Shown here one piece after another: positions 25,975 through 38,542 of a DNA stretch of 64,000 bases. The DNA comes from Octopus sinensis (taxonomy: Eukaryota). The notes beneath the pieces are model-generated. The model saw nothing but the letters and a program-made list of their open reading frames with translations. It did no database searches and was not told the DNA's origin. Made by a program: the position numbers and the translations under genes. The stretch lies in assembly GCF_006345805.1 (NCBI RefSeq), contig NC_042998.1:3596001-3660000 (forward strand), written 5' to 3'. The first letter of the stretch is position 1. Every line of letters begins with the position of its first letter.

Positions 25975-26173
25975 TGACCGCGTGTGTATCGTTGGCGATT
26001 TTCTTTCTCCGTCTTCCCTTCCTTGGACCTTTCCTTCTTCTGTTTCTGACGATGAGCTCCGCTCAAAACGTTAAATCCTCCTTCTTTCTATCCTTTCCTG
26101 AGCGTCCAATAACACTATACATGTTCCACGTCCACGCGTTGTTGTGTTTTCTCTTTGTTCATGTTTGGATTAA

Positions 26174-26185
<12 letters not shown>
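25975..26185 (+). mobile_element. Putative Penelope-like tail with a degenerate minimal hammerhead motif, ending in (TA)n
   Basis: GTTT-CTGACGA-T-GAGC-TCC-GCTC-AAAA-CG-TT-AAAT at 26042-26076. Confidence 0.55.
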
Positions 26186-26231
<46 letters not shown>

Positions 26232-26726
26232 TTTAACTAATATTCTAATCAATTAATTACTATCCTATTTCGTCCCCACGCTTTTTCTTCCTTTTCTCAC
26301 ACACCGCCTTATCCTTAGGAGAGTAACTGGGATTTGCTTTCCGCTCGGTATAATTTAGCAGCGAAAAAAAAATTAAGCACTCAAATAACTTGTTCATACG
26401 TTATCAGCATTTATTCATTCTCTTACTGGCACTGTTAGATAAATCACTTTACTTTCTTTGGTGTGTTTTACTAGAAATTGTACTTTTCTGGTTAAGGTCG
26501 TCAGAATATTTTATATCAGAAGGATAGGGAAGGAGAAAAAGGGTGATAGGAATTTGTATTCGTGATAGGAACAAAACCAAAATTGGTGTGCGAAGCGCCG
26601 TCGATTTATTCGTGGACCACACATCTAGACAGGCTTTTTATTCTTTCGATTCTTAAAAGGCCAAAATATAAAGAAGCTCCAGCAGGATTCGAACACTCAA
26701 ACTAAGCGAACTAATTAACTAACTGC

Positions 26727-27172
26727 AGACATGGCTCAGTAGTTAAGAAGCTAGCTTTGCAACCTTGTGTTTTTGGGTTCAGTCTCACTCTGTGGCATCT
26801 TGGACAAGTGTTTTCTACTATTGCCAACCAATACCTTGTGAGTGAGTTTGGTAAACAGTATATCTACTTATTTTGTGTGTGTGTATTATATTTATGAAAT
26901 ATATATATATAAGTGTATGGGGAGAGGTACAAACAGACATAAAGACACACACACACGCATATATATATATGCGTGTGTGTGTGTGGGGGGGGCTTGTCCT
27001 CATTTCACCGTTTAACAGCTTATGTAGGTTTGTTTGCATCCCTGTAACTAAGCGATTCGGCAAGTAATATCGCTAAAATAAGTACTGCAGGTTATTTGTT
27101 CAACTAAAATCTTTCAAGGCTGTGCTCCAGCATAGCCACAATCCAGTGACTGAAACAAGTGAAATGAAAAGA
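26727..27172 (+). mobile_element. SINE group A, diverged
   Basis: tggctcagtagttaag...gggttcagtc...gactgaaacaagtgaaatg. Confidence 0.8.
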
Positions 27173-27469
27173 TAAACGGGATTTTGTCCCAAGATACTGC
27201 ACTTGGTGTTATCACAGTTTTAATAAATATTGATATAATATAAATATTTATACATACACACATGTATGTGCGTATGTCGGTGTGCGTGATATTATTATAT
27301 ATTTATCAAATAACTACACGTTATAATTATTAGTTCTAATCCATTTAGATAGAGTTGGCTGTGTTAACTTTGCTTTTACTCTCTACATTAAAACTGAAAT
27401 TTCTTCTAGAAATATGCTTTTACCTTTTAAGATCATTTTGATTTACAGCTGTTGAGAAAAGCATCGACG

Positions 27470-28420
27470 TGGCAACTTGCTGAGTTTCTTGGATCAGTAA
27501 CTTCCCGGGAGACAGCACCGTGGCAGAGTATACTGATGAAAGTATCTTTGGCCCACGTTCTCCCACATCTGGTGCGTTCCGGTGTTTGGGTTTGTCCTCA
27601 CACCCTTCCTCTTATACATCAAGGACCTACAACACTTATCCCTCTGCAATGATATCCCCATTCAATTCTCGTTAATCTTACGAATCCAAGAGTCATCTAC
27701 ATATAAGCTAGACATTTCATAGCAAGCCTACTCTGACTTCATGAACAAATACTTTGAAAATAGTCTCCAGAAAGGTCATGCCAACCTTGTCTCCTTCAAC
27801 GGCACAAAATCATAATTACTACATATAGAAGAAAACAATATCGCATGCAACTCACCTCCGTATAGACAGTATACAACAAGAATTGATATTCAAGTTCTTA
27901 CATAGCTAAACTTTATCGACAGAGAAATCCTCTCCTGTGCATCCTACTGTAGCAAAGACTGTTTTACAAAGAGTCAGGGCCATAAAATGTTTCATTTCCC
28001 AACTATCACTAACCCTCCATAAAGCTTAGAGGAGACACACAACAGATTACTACGCCGAAATCTAGGACAGTGCTCTTGCTACTCATACAGGTATCTCGGA
28101 CCAAATTCCTCAAAAGGCAACTCGACTGATAAACATGAAGTCGCTTGCCAATACTCTAAATTGTAGCCTACAGACGTTCTGTCTTTCTTTTCTTTTTTTC
28201 CTAATGCCGTTCTATTGACGTCTGTGCCTTGGAGTTAACTAGCCTCGAGTTACTCCCATCCCACCACTCAGATACTTACGACACTAACTTCTTTTCTCTT
28301 CACGTGGTCCATATTGTCCAGACCCACTTTTTAGAGCTCATACTGACTACTACACTCAGTCCTTCCTGCTCCGAAATGAATAACAGCGAAATCTCCCATA
28401 CAAGACACCTTACGGTTAAA
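27470..28420 (+). mobile_element. Old LINE RT relic
   Basis: GFVLTPFLLYIKDL (cf. QGSVLSPxLFxxYINDL) and ANLVSFNGTKS (cf. N.V.FN.SKT). Confidence 0.55.
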
Positions 28421-28436
28421 GAAGATATATTAACAA

Positions 28437-28486
28437 CTAGCACTATCACCCGGCGTTGCTCGGGTTTGTAAGGGAAATAACTATAT
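28437..28486 (-). mobile_element. Non-autonomous Helitron 3' end fragment
   Basis: Minus strand cccgagcaacgccgggtgatagtgCTAG|T: GC hairpin plus CTAG. Same family as 49483. Confidence 0.7.
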
Positions 28487-28703
28487 AGTTAGTTAGTTAG
28501 TTAATTTTTGGCTCAAAAGCAAATAGCAAGGCCATGTAGGGGAACATGGAGTTAAGTACAGGGTGGTGTTCATGTAAAGAGTTCAGGCCACTTGAGGTCA
28601 AGGGAGACTTTGAACAAAGCGGTCGTCGGCATCTTCACCATCTCGTCTGGCAGCTTGTTCCACGGATCCGCAACCCGGACGGAGAAAGCTCCTTTCCTTC
28701 GAT
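28487..28703 (-). mobile_element. 5'-truncated young CR1-type LINE with (TAAC)n tail
   Basis: Nearly identical to the 3' end of 47222-48031; encodes ...PWNKLPDEMVKMPTTALFKVSLDLKWPELFT*. Confidence 0.9.
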
Positions 28704-28984
28704 ATATGTATAAATATATGGTTTCTTCTGCAAAAGCTACTCCATCAAATATTCTCAGTCAAATAAGAACACATTCAAGGCCACCAGGTCCATCAAATCG
28801 AGGGCTTTGAGAACCACGGATCCAGTCGTGCATGGAGCACACGATCTGAATAGAATCGGAGATAGTGTAATAAAATCTTCAGATTGCTTGAAATGTATTT
28901 TGAGAAATTCAGTATCGCTAGTTCACTTCATATCTACAACACAATCTTGCTTTCTGCATCTGCTATTAGTAATATTCATTTCTA

Positions 28985-29348
28985 CTCTAGGCACAAGGCC
29001 CGAAATTTTTGGAAATGGCCAGTCAATTAGATCGACCCCAATACGCAACATGTACTTAATTTATCGACCCCGAAAGGATGAAAGACAAAGTCGACCTCGG
29101 CGGAATTTGAACTCGGAACGTAAAGACAGACGAAATACCTATTTCTTTACTACCCACAAGCGGCTAAACACAAAGGAGACAAACAAGGACAGACAGCGAC
29201 CCCAGTGCGTAACTGGTCCTTAATATATCGACCCCGAAAGATGAAAGGTAAAGTCGACCTCGGCGGAATTTGAACTCAGAATGTAACGGCAGACGAAATA
29301 CCGCTAAGCATTTCGCCCGATGTGCTGACGTTTCTGCCAGCTCGCCAC
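28985..29348 (-). mobile_element. Two tandem SINE group B copies (one full, one 5'-truncated)
   Basis: The module ccccgaaag(g)atgaaag..aaagtcgacctcggcggaatttgaactc occurs twice; head ...ctgccagctcgcc at 29348. Confidence 0.9.
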
Positions 29349-30319
29349 TTTATTATTATTAATACTAATTTTAACAATAGACCATAGTTCAAGTCAACGG
29401 AAATTGCCAATTGTAATAGAGTTTTGTATAATAGAATTTTAAAGAAATCTAACCTCGGAAGATGAATGCTCTTTAGCAAATAATCAGCGAAACTGAACAA
29501 GATTATTATAAACAAGAAATGCTTATAATAAAATGCCACCACAAAAGTAAACAAACACATGTTATAATGGCATCTTCCTCTCAACCTCAAACATGTCAAA
29601 TACAACGTTACACGACATCAGATCATCAGTCAGACAATCTAATCAATCAGTGCATTAGATTAACCATCAATTTCCATTTGAAATTAGTGTAAAGTCAGAT
29701 CAGCGTAGGATTAACCCAATCGCAACCACTTAAATTGTTGTATTGATAGTGTTACACTTGTAGACGGCCAGCGCACTCTGCCGTATGGTTTCGCGTCCAA
29801 AAAACATATTGGAGACCACACAAATTTGATGCCATACGAATCGCCCAGTAGCCATTGGTGCAAACTTAAATGAAAGCTGAATCGATGTCTACCATCCTCT
29901 CAACAGCACACAACAGTGATGACGAACTGGATTGCCGCAAATTTGTTTGCTTTTTATTAGTGGCACTCAAACAACACAAAGGTTATACTTGGAGTGATAA
30001 CTTTTCTACGAACTGTAAAGGTCATGTCAATAATCATGTCACTTCAGGTGTATTTATCTTTATCCTCAGCAAGGGGGTGGCCACTGAGAGCGTTCCGGAT
30101 TACTACCGACTGGAACGACAAAAAAAAAGTCTCCATTCTGACGATAAGTTCGTTGACTTCCGAATTAAAATATTCTCGATGACGGATTTGCAGGTTCCTT
30201 GGATGAGACCCACAATGAATTTCTCAAAATACATTTCAAGCAATCTGAAGATCTTATTACACTATCTCCCATTCTATTCGGATCGTGTGCTCCATGCACG
30301 ACTGGATCTGTGGGACGCA

Positions 30320-30607
30320 AACACACCAGCACCGGTTGTCAAGGGATATTGGGGGACAAACACAGACACACATACATAGATACATATGTACATACACACA
30401 TACATATATATATACATATACACATATACATATATACATATATACGACTGGCTTCTTTCCGTTTCCGTCTACCAAATCCACTTACAAGGCTTTGGTCGGC
30501 CCGAGGCTATAGTAGAAGACACTCGCCCATGGTGCCACGCAGTGGGACTGAATCCGGAACATTGTGGTTCGTAAGCAAGCTACTCTCTACACAGCCACTC
30601 CTATGCC
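30320..30607 (-). mobile_element. SINE group A, 3'-truncated
   Basis: Reverse complement of the head and internal TA/TG tract. Confidence 0.9.
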
Positions 30608-31798
30608 TATGTAAATAAAAAGGACAACGTGTTTAAAATAAAAATATGTGTAAGAGAGATGTTATCCAGTGAGACAGTCAATAGATCACTATATTTCAGA
30701 GGTGTTCAAGATACAGAAATGTTTAAATATTCGACTCTTAAATGCTACTAATGTATATCGATGATTTACAATTAATACTCAGATTCAAAGGCAGGTGTTA
30801 AAACCAGCAGCCATGTGTCTGAGCAACGATTTATTTCATCTCTCACTTTTCCACGAGTCCTGAGGAAAGGGTTATAACCTCGAAATATCGAAACACATGG
30901 TAAAACTTCAGCTGTTGTTCTGTTTTGACTTTTGTAGTTCATTTTGTATTTCCTTTCACATTGTTTCGGCCTTGTCAAGTTTTATCCAATATAATATAAC
31001 ACAATACTTCACCCTTTCTTTTCTGTTCTTATGACGAGGACAGGGTTTTATTTTAACTGTTGTTTCTCAGTATACATTCGCACTTGCTTTACTAATTGTA
31101 GACGACATGGTTATTCGAATTAGTGAATAAGCGTGTGTAAACTGTGGCTTCACTTCCTAGAAATAGCAGCCAAATCTCTCAGTTTCTTTAAAATAGACAT
31201 ATTATGTATTTCTGGAAAAAGAAATGGTCAAGAATGGAATACCTTTCACAATAGACATTCTTCATCAGGATTAATCCGGAGTTAAACAACAAAACAACGA
31301 AAACCTGGAACCAAAGCGCTTGGGGTGGACGCTTAAATTCACTCAACTCAGGCTAGCAATGAAAGATAATTTATATTTTTGTTTATTTAGCAAAACAAGA
31401 TTTAGTTTGTATATAAAGTTAGGTAAATAGTGTATCATATTTTCACGATAACCTTTTAACATTAGAGTAAATGGATAAAATAATTAAGTATACATAAATA
31501 ACTTTGTATCAATGTATTCTCGGCGCTACCATAAGCATTAAAAATAAAATAGTTCTGTCTTCGACGAAGGGCTTTACTCGATACGTCCGTTTTCTTATCT
31601 CCTCATGGTGGTGCGTGCATGTCTAAAATTGTAAACTTCAATAAATAACTTTGTTTATTCAATTATTTTCTATTTAAGGTTTTCTTCTGGTGAAGGAATT
31701 ATCTCTAGAGGGCGTGATAGTTGTCGATGCTATAAATATGATACTCACTATTGAGATAATCTAGTTGAAATATGTTTGCCAATATATTTATCTCTGTA

Positions 31799-32162
31799 CT
31801 AGTACTATGACCCAGCAACGCCGGGTCATAGTGCTAGTGCATGCATATACAGCTGCGTGCGCGCACACACGCGAGTACTGTCCAAATCTCCGACCAATCA
31901 CATACAGCTAGCTAGCATTCAATTGGCGTATCAAGTTTCGGGCATTTTGATTGGGTTTTAGATAGAAAATTCACAAAAAAAGTCACTTCTATTGATTTTT
32001 TAATGGCTTTGCGGGGTGACTGAGGAAATGTAAAGATGTGCACGACCACCCTTTGATGGTTTTGAATGACCATAGAAAGTGCGAGCCCTCTAACTGAAAA
32101 ATTGTGGATTTGTATAAAGGACACACACAGAGACAGACATTTTGCCGTTTAATATATAGAGA
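31799..32162 (-). mobile_element. Complete non-autonomous Helitron (364 bp)
   Basis: Minus strand A|TCTCTATATATTAAACGGC...hairpin...CTAG|T, inserted between A and T with no TSD. Confidence 0.85.
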
Positions 32163-32294
32163 TTTCTATATTCAATAACGATATATATTACTTTTCGAGA
32201 AGAGCAAAGACTCATAGTTTATAAACGAAAGCGGCTGAGTTGATGGATACGTTATCAATGTGGAAATAGTGTGGATCGTTTTTTCTTTTTTATC

Positions 32295-32480
32295 ATTATC
32301 ATCATCATGTGTCCGTTTTCCATGCTGAACCGGGTTTTACAGGATCTGATGAGCTACAGGGCTGCGTCGTACTCGATTGTCAGTTCTGACATTGTTTTCT
32401 ACAGTTTGATGCTTTCCTAACGTCAACTGTTTGACAGTGTCTGATGGACGCTTTTCTTTCGTGCCACCAAAACCAGTGAA
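32295..32480 (-). mobile_element. Retroposon 3' tail with (GAT)n end (RTE-type tail, SINE or LINE)
   Basis: atcatcatcatgtgtccgttttccatgctg...gatgctttcctaacgtcaac resembles a recalled RTE-related tail. Confidence 0.45.
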
Positions 32481-32732
32481 GTTGTCAAGTAACTCGCAAG
32501 GCGGGAAATGAACGAAAAAAGAAAACAAGGAAACCTTTTATACTACATCATTGGAAAACCCACTTAACTCTCAATAACTTATTTAAATAGAAATGGGAAG
32601 TTTCAAAAGTTGACAAAAGGCAGTAAAAGGGTTTGCTGTCTCGAGGAGGAGGCGGAGGATAACGAATTGGACAGAGAAAAGTTCCTGCTTGGAGCATTAA
32701 ACTCTCATTTTACGATAAAACTAAAGGATTCC

Positions 32733-32776
32733 TCTGTCTGCCTGTCTCTGTCTGTCTGTCTCTGTCTCTGTCTGTC

Positions 32777-32833
<57 letters not shown>

Positions 32834-32858
32834 GTCTGTCTGTCTCTGTCTGTCTGTC

Positions 32859-32895
<37 letters not shown>

Positions 32896-32998
32896 GTCTC
32901 TGTCTCTGTCTGTCTGTCTCTGTCTGTCTCTGTCTGTCTGTCTGTCTCTGTCTGTCTCTGTCTGTCTGTCTCTGTCTGTCTGTCTCTGTCTGTCTGTC
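32733..32998. repeat. (TCTG)n/(TC) compound microsatellite
   Basis: Directly visible; explains the ORFs at 32610-33136. Confidence 0.97.
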
Positions 32999-33279
32999 GT
33001 ATATATATATAGGCAAATTAGTAGAATTTTTAGAGCGTATGATAAAATGCCTTGTGATATAGTGTTCAAATACCACGAGCGCAGCTTTACCCTTCATCCT
33101 TTCTAAGACGATTGGAAATGTACCAACCCAGAGCACTCAATGTAAAACTGACCTCGGCGCAGTTTGAATTCAGAGCGTAAAAAGGAGGAATAAATACTGC
33201 CTGGCATTTCGTTCGCAGTCGAAAACTTCTATTAATTCGAGTTATTCTCTCTCTCTCCCTCTGTCTATATATGTGTGTG

Positions 33280-33312
<33 letters not shown>

Positions 33313-33347
33313 ATATACACGTGTGTGTGTGTGTGTGTATATATACA

Positions 33348-33380
<33 letters not shown>

Positions 33381-33464
33381 AAGCGTGTGTGTGTATCCAG
33401 AACGGATGACTCTTTACATGTTTTAACGATGTAAGTAAGAGATCGAATATTTCCAACGAAAATC

Positions 33465-34430
33465 CTATTTAATCAGTAAGAAATTAACATCTTTCCAAAA
33501 GACTGATTTAGTATAAGAAATGAACAACAAACGATGCTTACAGAATCGGTATTCTGTATGTAGTCCTTTGTTATGAATCACAGCGTCAATCCTGTTGGAC
33601 ATTGATAAACACAATTTTTCGCACGAATCAAGTGTTATCCCCATAGTCCAGACTTCTTTTGGGGAATTTTTCAACTCCGATAGTGATGTTGGATTACGAG
33701 CGGCTACTTTCTGTTTCAGAATAACCCAACAATGCTCTATTGGGTTGAGATCCGGGGATTTTCTTGGCCACGGACCCAAGATCTCATTCCCAGAATTGCT
33801 CAGCCACTTCATTACTGCTCTTGTTTGGTGGCATGGCACCCCATCATACTTGAAGTGCGTACACTGCTTGATCTCCATAAATGGTGAGACTTTCGTTTGC
33901 AGAATTTCAAGGTAATTGGTTCCCTTGATAGTTGCCCCTTCAGGCATAAACCACAGTCCGCATCTTCCACCAGCACAAATAGCTTCCCATACCATAACTT
34001 CTGGAGCATTTTTAACACTTGGGATAATGTAGCGAAGATTATCACTTTGCTAAGGAGGTCGTCTCACATGTTTGCAAAATGCATAAAATTATGACATCGG
34101 CGTTTCATCCGAAAACATAACTCTCTTCCATTGTTCGACTGACCAATTTTTATACTTTTGACAAAATGCCAAACGATCAGCAATATATTTCAAGGTTAAC
34201 CTTGGTTTCTTTGAAGGTTTGTAGGACTTAATGCTGGTATCAAATAATCTTCTACGAATTGTCCTTTGGCTAGGAACATTGTCGTCTTCTAGTGGTACCT
34301 TGAATAACTTCGGAAGACATTCTGGGTGACTTTTTGGTAATTAGTATGACAGCATCGTCCATTTGCTTGGTGGTAGCTTCTGGGCGACCCATAGGCTTGT
34401 CAAATGTATTTTTTCCAGCAGATTTCCAGT
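33465..34430 (-). mobile_element. Decayed Tc1-type transposase (DD35E spacing)
   Basis: RTIRRRL..., EQWKRVMFSDET, MVWEAI, YDGVPCH...WPRKSPDLNPIEHCW, with stops and frameshifts; lies between (TA)n tracts. Confidence 0.92.
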
Positions 34431-34556
34431 TGTTTATTGACCTTAAAACAGTTCAGAACGAATCACTCCCCTCCAACTTGATAAGACCAGTAGACCATGG
34501 TTTCTGAGTCTTTACCATTCATCTGTACAGGATACCTGTCTGCTAGAGATAGCAGT

Positions 34557-34588
<32 letters not shown>

Positions 34589-34597
34589 CATAAGATA

Positions 34598-34824
34598 CAG
34601 GGTCGACCAAAAGTCACCTGACAGTAAATCAAACTCCATATAATTCAAAGATTAAAACAAAAACTAATTTTATATTTGACTTCGTTAATAAATAGACAAA
34701 TGTTGAAAACAAAATGGTGGTTTTTAACTCACAGTATTCAGTTATTAAACATTCATAACTGAAACTGAATATTAAGTATTTATGGAATTTTGATTTACTG
34801 TCGAGTGACTTTTGGCCAACTCTG
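34598..34824. mobile_element. Tc1/mariner-type MITE (227 bp) with TA TSD
   Basis: TA|CAGGGTCGACCAAAAGTCACCTGACAGTAAATCAAA ... TTTGATTTACTGTCGAGTGACTTTTGGCCAACTCTG|TA. Confidence 0.9.
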
Positions 34825-34905
34825 TATATATGAGATTCACACTTGGCTGACCACAACTGAGTGAAACTTGAGTAAACAAATATTTTATATGTGTGTGTGT
34901 GTGTG

Positions 34906-35160
34906 TGGAGAGAGGCGCGTGACTTAGTGGTTAGGGTGTCAGCATCATGATCGTAAGATTGTGGTTTCGATTCCTGGACCGGGTGACGCGTTGTGTTCTT
35001 GAGCAAAACACTTCAATTTACGTTGCTCCAGTCCACTCAGCCGGCAAAAATGAGTAACGCTGCGATGGACTGGCGTCCCATCCAGCTGAGGAACACATAC
35101 GCCATTGAAACCGGGAAACCGGGCCCATGAGCCTGGCTAGGCTTTAAAAAGGGCGCGAAA
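34906..35160 (+). mobile_element. tRNA-derived SINE, group C
   Basis: A box TGACTTAGTGG, B-box-like GGTTTCGATTCC, central ctccagtccactcagc...gcgatggactggcgtccc; lies ~190 bp upstream of the ADAMTS exon. Confidence 0.85.
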
Positions 35161-35344
35161 AAAAAATATATAAACACATTTATTCATTGCATTGTGTTCT
35201 ACATCCGGTTATACGATGTTTAAACAATTAATAAGCGTTGTACAATATCTACTTTGTATGTGTAGGCATACATGTGTCTATGAATATAAGTGTATCAATG
35301 TTTAAATTAATAATTAAATTCAATTCTAATTTCATACATTTCAG

Positions 35345-35534
35345 ACTGGCCATTTGCAATCCCAAGACGGTGATTATTTCATAGAACCAATAAAAGGACA
35401 CTCAGTTGGTGCCAATGGGAAACATCCACACATTGTATATAAACGTTCTGTCCTACCTCAATTCAAGGATATTTCTGATGGTGCTTCAGCTGAGAAGAAA
35501 ACGGAATATAAATCAACCCCCTGTTCTGTTGGCG
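35345..35534 (+). CDS. ADAMTS7/12-like: ADAMTS metalloprotease exon: C-terminal part of the prodomain (Pep_M12B_propep-like) ending in a cysteine-switch-like motif
   Basis: Acceptor ttcatacatttcAG at 35343-35344. Phase-0 start reads TGHLQSQDGDYFIEPIKGHSVGANGKHPHIVYKRS...KSTPCSVG, matching the ADAMTS prodomain signature (xYFIEP...HPHxxYKRS...CGV). Donor G|GTAAGA at 35535, phase 1. Confidence 0.9.
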
Positions 35535-35595
35535 GTAAGAAATAATAGCTTCCCTTTTGCTTTTAGAATAAACGTAATACTGAAAATACGATATA

Positions 35596-35668
<73 letters not shown>

Positions 35669-36247
35669 ATAAATTTTTTCGACAAACTTCGCTTGATGCG
35701 TGAAAATATATTTCCAATTTTCTCAGACATTTAATCTTTCTACGTAAAAGTTCATTTTCTACCCCTTAATTCCTTTACTGGTTTCAGTAAATAGTCTACA
35801 GACATGCTGGGAGATCTCCTTTATAGATTTTAGTCAATTACATTACATCAATCGCTCGCTGTTTGTCTTGTATTTATTTTATCGAATTCATACGAAATGA
35901 AATATAAGTCATCTTTGACATAATGGAGAATAACCGGTCGGAAAAACTACCATACAATATTTTTACCTGACGAAGCAATTTTGTATACGTGTCTCACACT
36001 GGTGCGGGCGCACATACGCACACACACATATATAATTGAACACACACACACACGCATGTACATATATCTGACTGAATTTGGATCGGTCGTGTCATCTGGC
36101 ACAAAGTTCTTTTTCTTGAAATGTTCTAATTGTTAATTCTTATCTGTATTCACCTGATGAAAATGTCTTTGTTAATGATGTAATACTTCAGTTCATCAAT
36201 AAAAAAGCACGTTTGGAACAGCTGTAGCGAACCACAATCCATCTGTT

Positions 36248-36301
<54 letters not shown>

Positions 36302-36330
36302 TATATATATATATATATATGTAATATTTT

Positions 36331-36548
36331 GGCGGCGAGCTGGCAGAATCGTTAGCACGCAGGGCGAAATGCGTAGCTGTATTTCGTCTGCTGTCACGTG
36401 TTCTGGGTTCAAATTCCGCCGAGGTCGACTTTGCTTTCATCCTTTCGGGGTCGATAAATTAAGTACCAGTTACGCACTGGGGTCGATGTAATCGACTTAA
36501 TCCCTTTGTTTTGTCCCTTCTATGTTTATCCCCTTGTGGGTAGCAAAG

Positions 36549-36553
<5 letters not shown>
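36331..36553 (+). mobile_element. SINE group B, full length
   Basis: ggcgagctggcagaatcgttagc...GGTTCAAATTCC...ctttcatcctttcggggtcgataaattaagtaccag (Nin/Ceph-domain-like from recall). Confidence 0.93.
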
Positions 36554-36599
<46 letters not shown>

Positions 36600-38344
36600 C
36601 ACACACATAAAACCAACGGGTTTCTGCGCTATTTCCTTCCCTAAAATTACAAACACAAAAATTTAGTCAAAGTAGCGTGTAATGGAGTTGAATCTGGAAT
36701 AATGTGGATGCAAAAGGAATTTTCTCAACCATGCGACCTATGACCTGAGTCATTGAGTAGTCACAGCAAGCACTTCAAGTTTATCAGCTTCATCTAATGT
36801 ATTTAAAATGTGGGTCTAACAGTCCTTATCTTACCTCTATGAAGAAGGCATAACTTAACCCTGCAGACGAACACAGCTCTCTTTCACTTTACATGTGATA
36901 TTATTTCTTTTAACGGTTTGCTGTATTTACAAATAGCACGTGTATTTACTGCTGAATGAACTGCGCTATTGACGTTTAGACATATTTGTTAGTGGTCTGG
37001 TGAATCAATGCTAGATATCCAACTATCAAACAAGGAATGATATTGTGGTTGGTAATCCAGAATTTCATCAATGCAGCAATCAATACTGACTCTGAGTCAG
37101 CTGACAATCATAAATTTTAATTAGGGTCTGTTTCATTGAGTATTGATGTGATTAGTTTTCAGTTTAATACTTTTTAATGCTTTCTGTTTTTTCTTGCATT
37201 TCCCCGATTAGAGAAAGCGTCTTTGAGGCCGCAGGATAAACAGCTTAAGTTCTATCTTATTAGGCCAGTTTGCTTTTCGTACTTTTAGGAACGATAAACT
37301 GAGGGACAGGTAAGTACTGTGCTATCCTCCAGAACAAGGGGTGAAGATCATGTCCCTAAATAAAAAATTGTTATATTTATTTGATTAAAATGTACCTCCT
37401 ATATGCTTTTTGCTAAGCAGAAAAATTTTAGAACTTCTAAGGTGTCATGTAGAGGGACTAAACCCGAGAACACAATTAAATGGTGTTACCTGCGCATATA
37501 TATATAGTGTGTGTGTTTATATATATTTATATACGCACACAGATACATGGCAGCGAGTTGGTCAAGAGAGAGGAAGAGAATAGTTTACACAATTCTTTTC
37601 TATTCTTTTCGGTATAAGTTCAAATTCCATCAAGGTCAACTTTGCCTTTCATCTTTGCAGAGTTGATAAAGTAGAGCACACACACACACACACACACACA
37701 CAAGATTATACAGAAGGAAGGAGAGACATCCTTGAAAGGATTCGGATCTGTAAATGAGATACCGTAACATTATCTTGATAATGAAAAGGTGTCTTTAAAA
37801 TGGATTAGATAAATATTCGTTGAAACTACAGACAAATCTATCCCTTCGATAGTTCATAACACCGAGCGAGATGGCAGGTAATTGCATCATATTAAATAAC
37901 GAAAATTAGGTAATATCATTGAAGATTATGTAATACATGATGTGCAAATAAATTACTATGCTATAGAAACGTATATAATATGAATTGAACCGACGGTTAT
38001 CATCTTCATTTATTATATCTTTTCACTGCGTGGTATGTGCTATAGAAACTGGATTTACAGAGTATATAATATAATTTTAGTTAAGATTGTACTGATTACT
38101 TACAGATTGGATGGTAGCCTGGGAATGTTCACCAGTATTACTTCGGGGAACCCTGCCTGTCAAGTACACGCTCGTGTGCTACTGCATTCATAACCATCAT
38201 CACTGAGATCCCCTCCAACTGATATTAATAATAATAATAATAATAATAATATATATATATATATATATATATATTAATAATAAAACATATGCATATATAT
38301 AACATATATGTACGTACCTACCTCTACATGTACATATACACGCA

Positions 38345-38542
38345 TATATGAGTACAGGACAATTAACACAAAGAAAAAAACCCTTCTTCAGTCGCTATGG
38401 TTTCATCTACTCTACGTTTCGAAGGTGAAAGCGAGACGTATCTTCGACAAGAAACTTTCCTTCCTGCGAAAAGCAAATCAATTAAAATTTTGAGATCTTT
38501 TCGCAGAGGGGTAAAAAATGGTAACAAAAACAGGACAGTAAC

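Noticed and set aside
29870-30379. 169-aa ORF with NCKGHVNNHVTSGV, superficially like the missing ADAMTS prodomain exon
   Set aside because: It lacks the C-x-Y-x-G and S-x-C-x-GL motifs, the only nearby donor-like site is phase 1 whereas phase 0 is needed, and the 3' part runs into a SINE.
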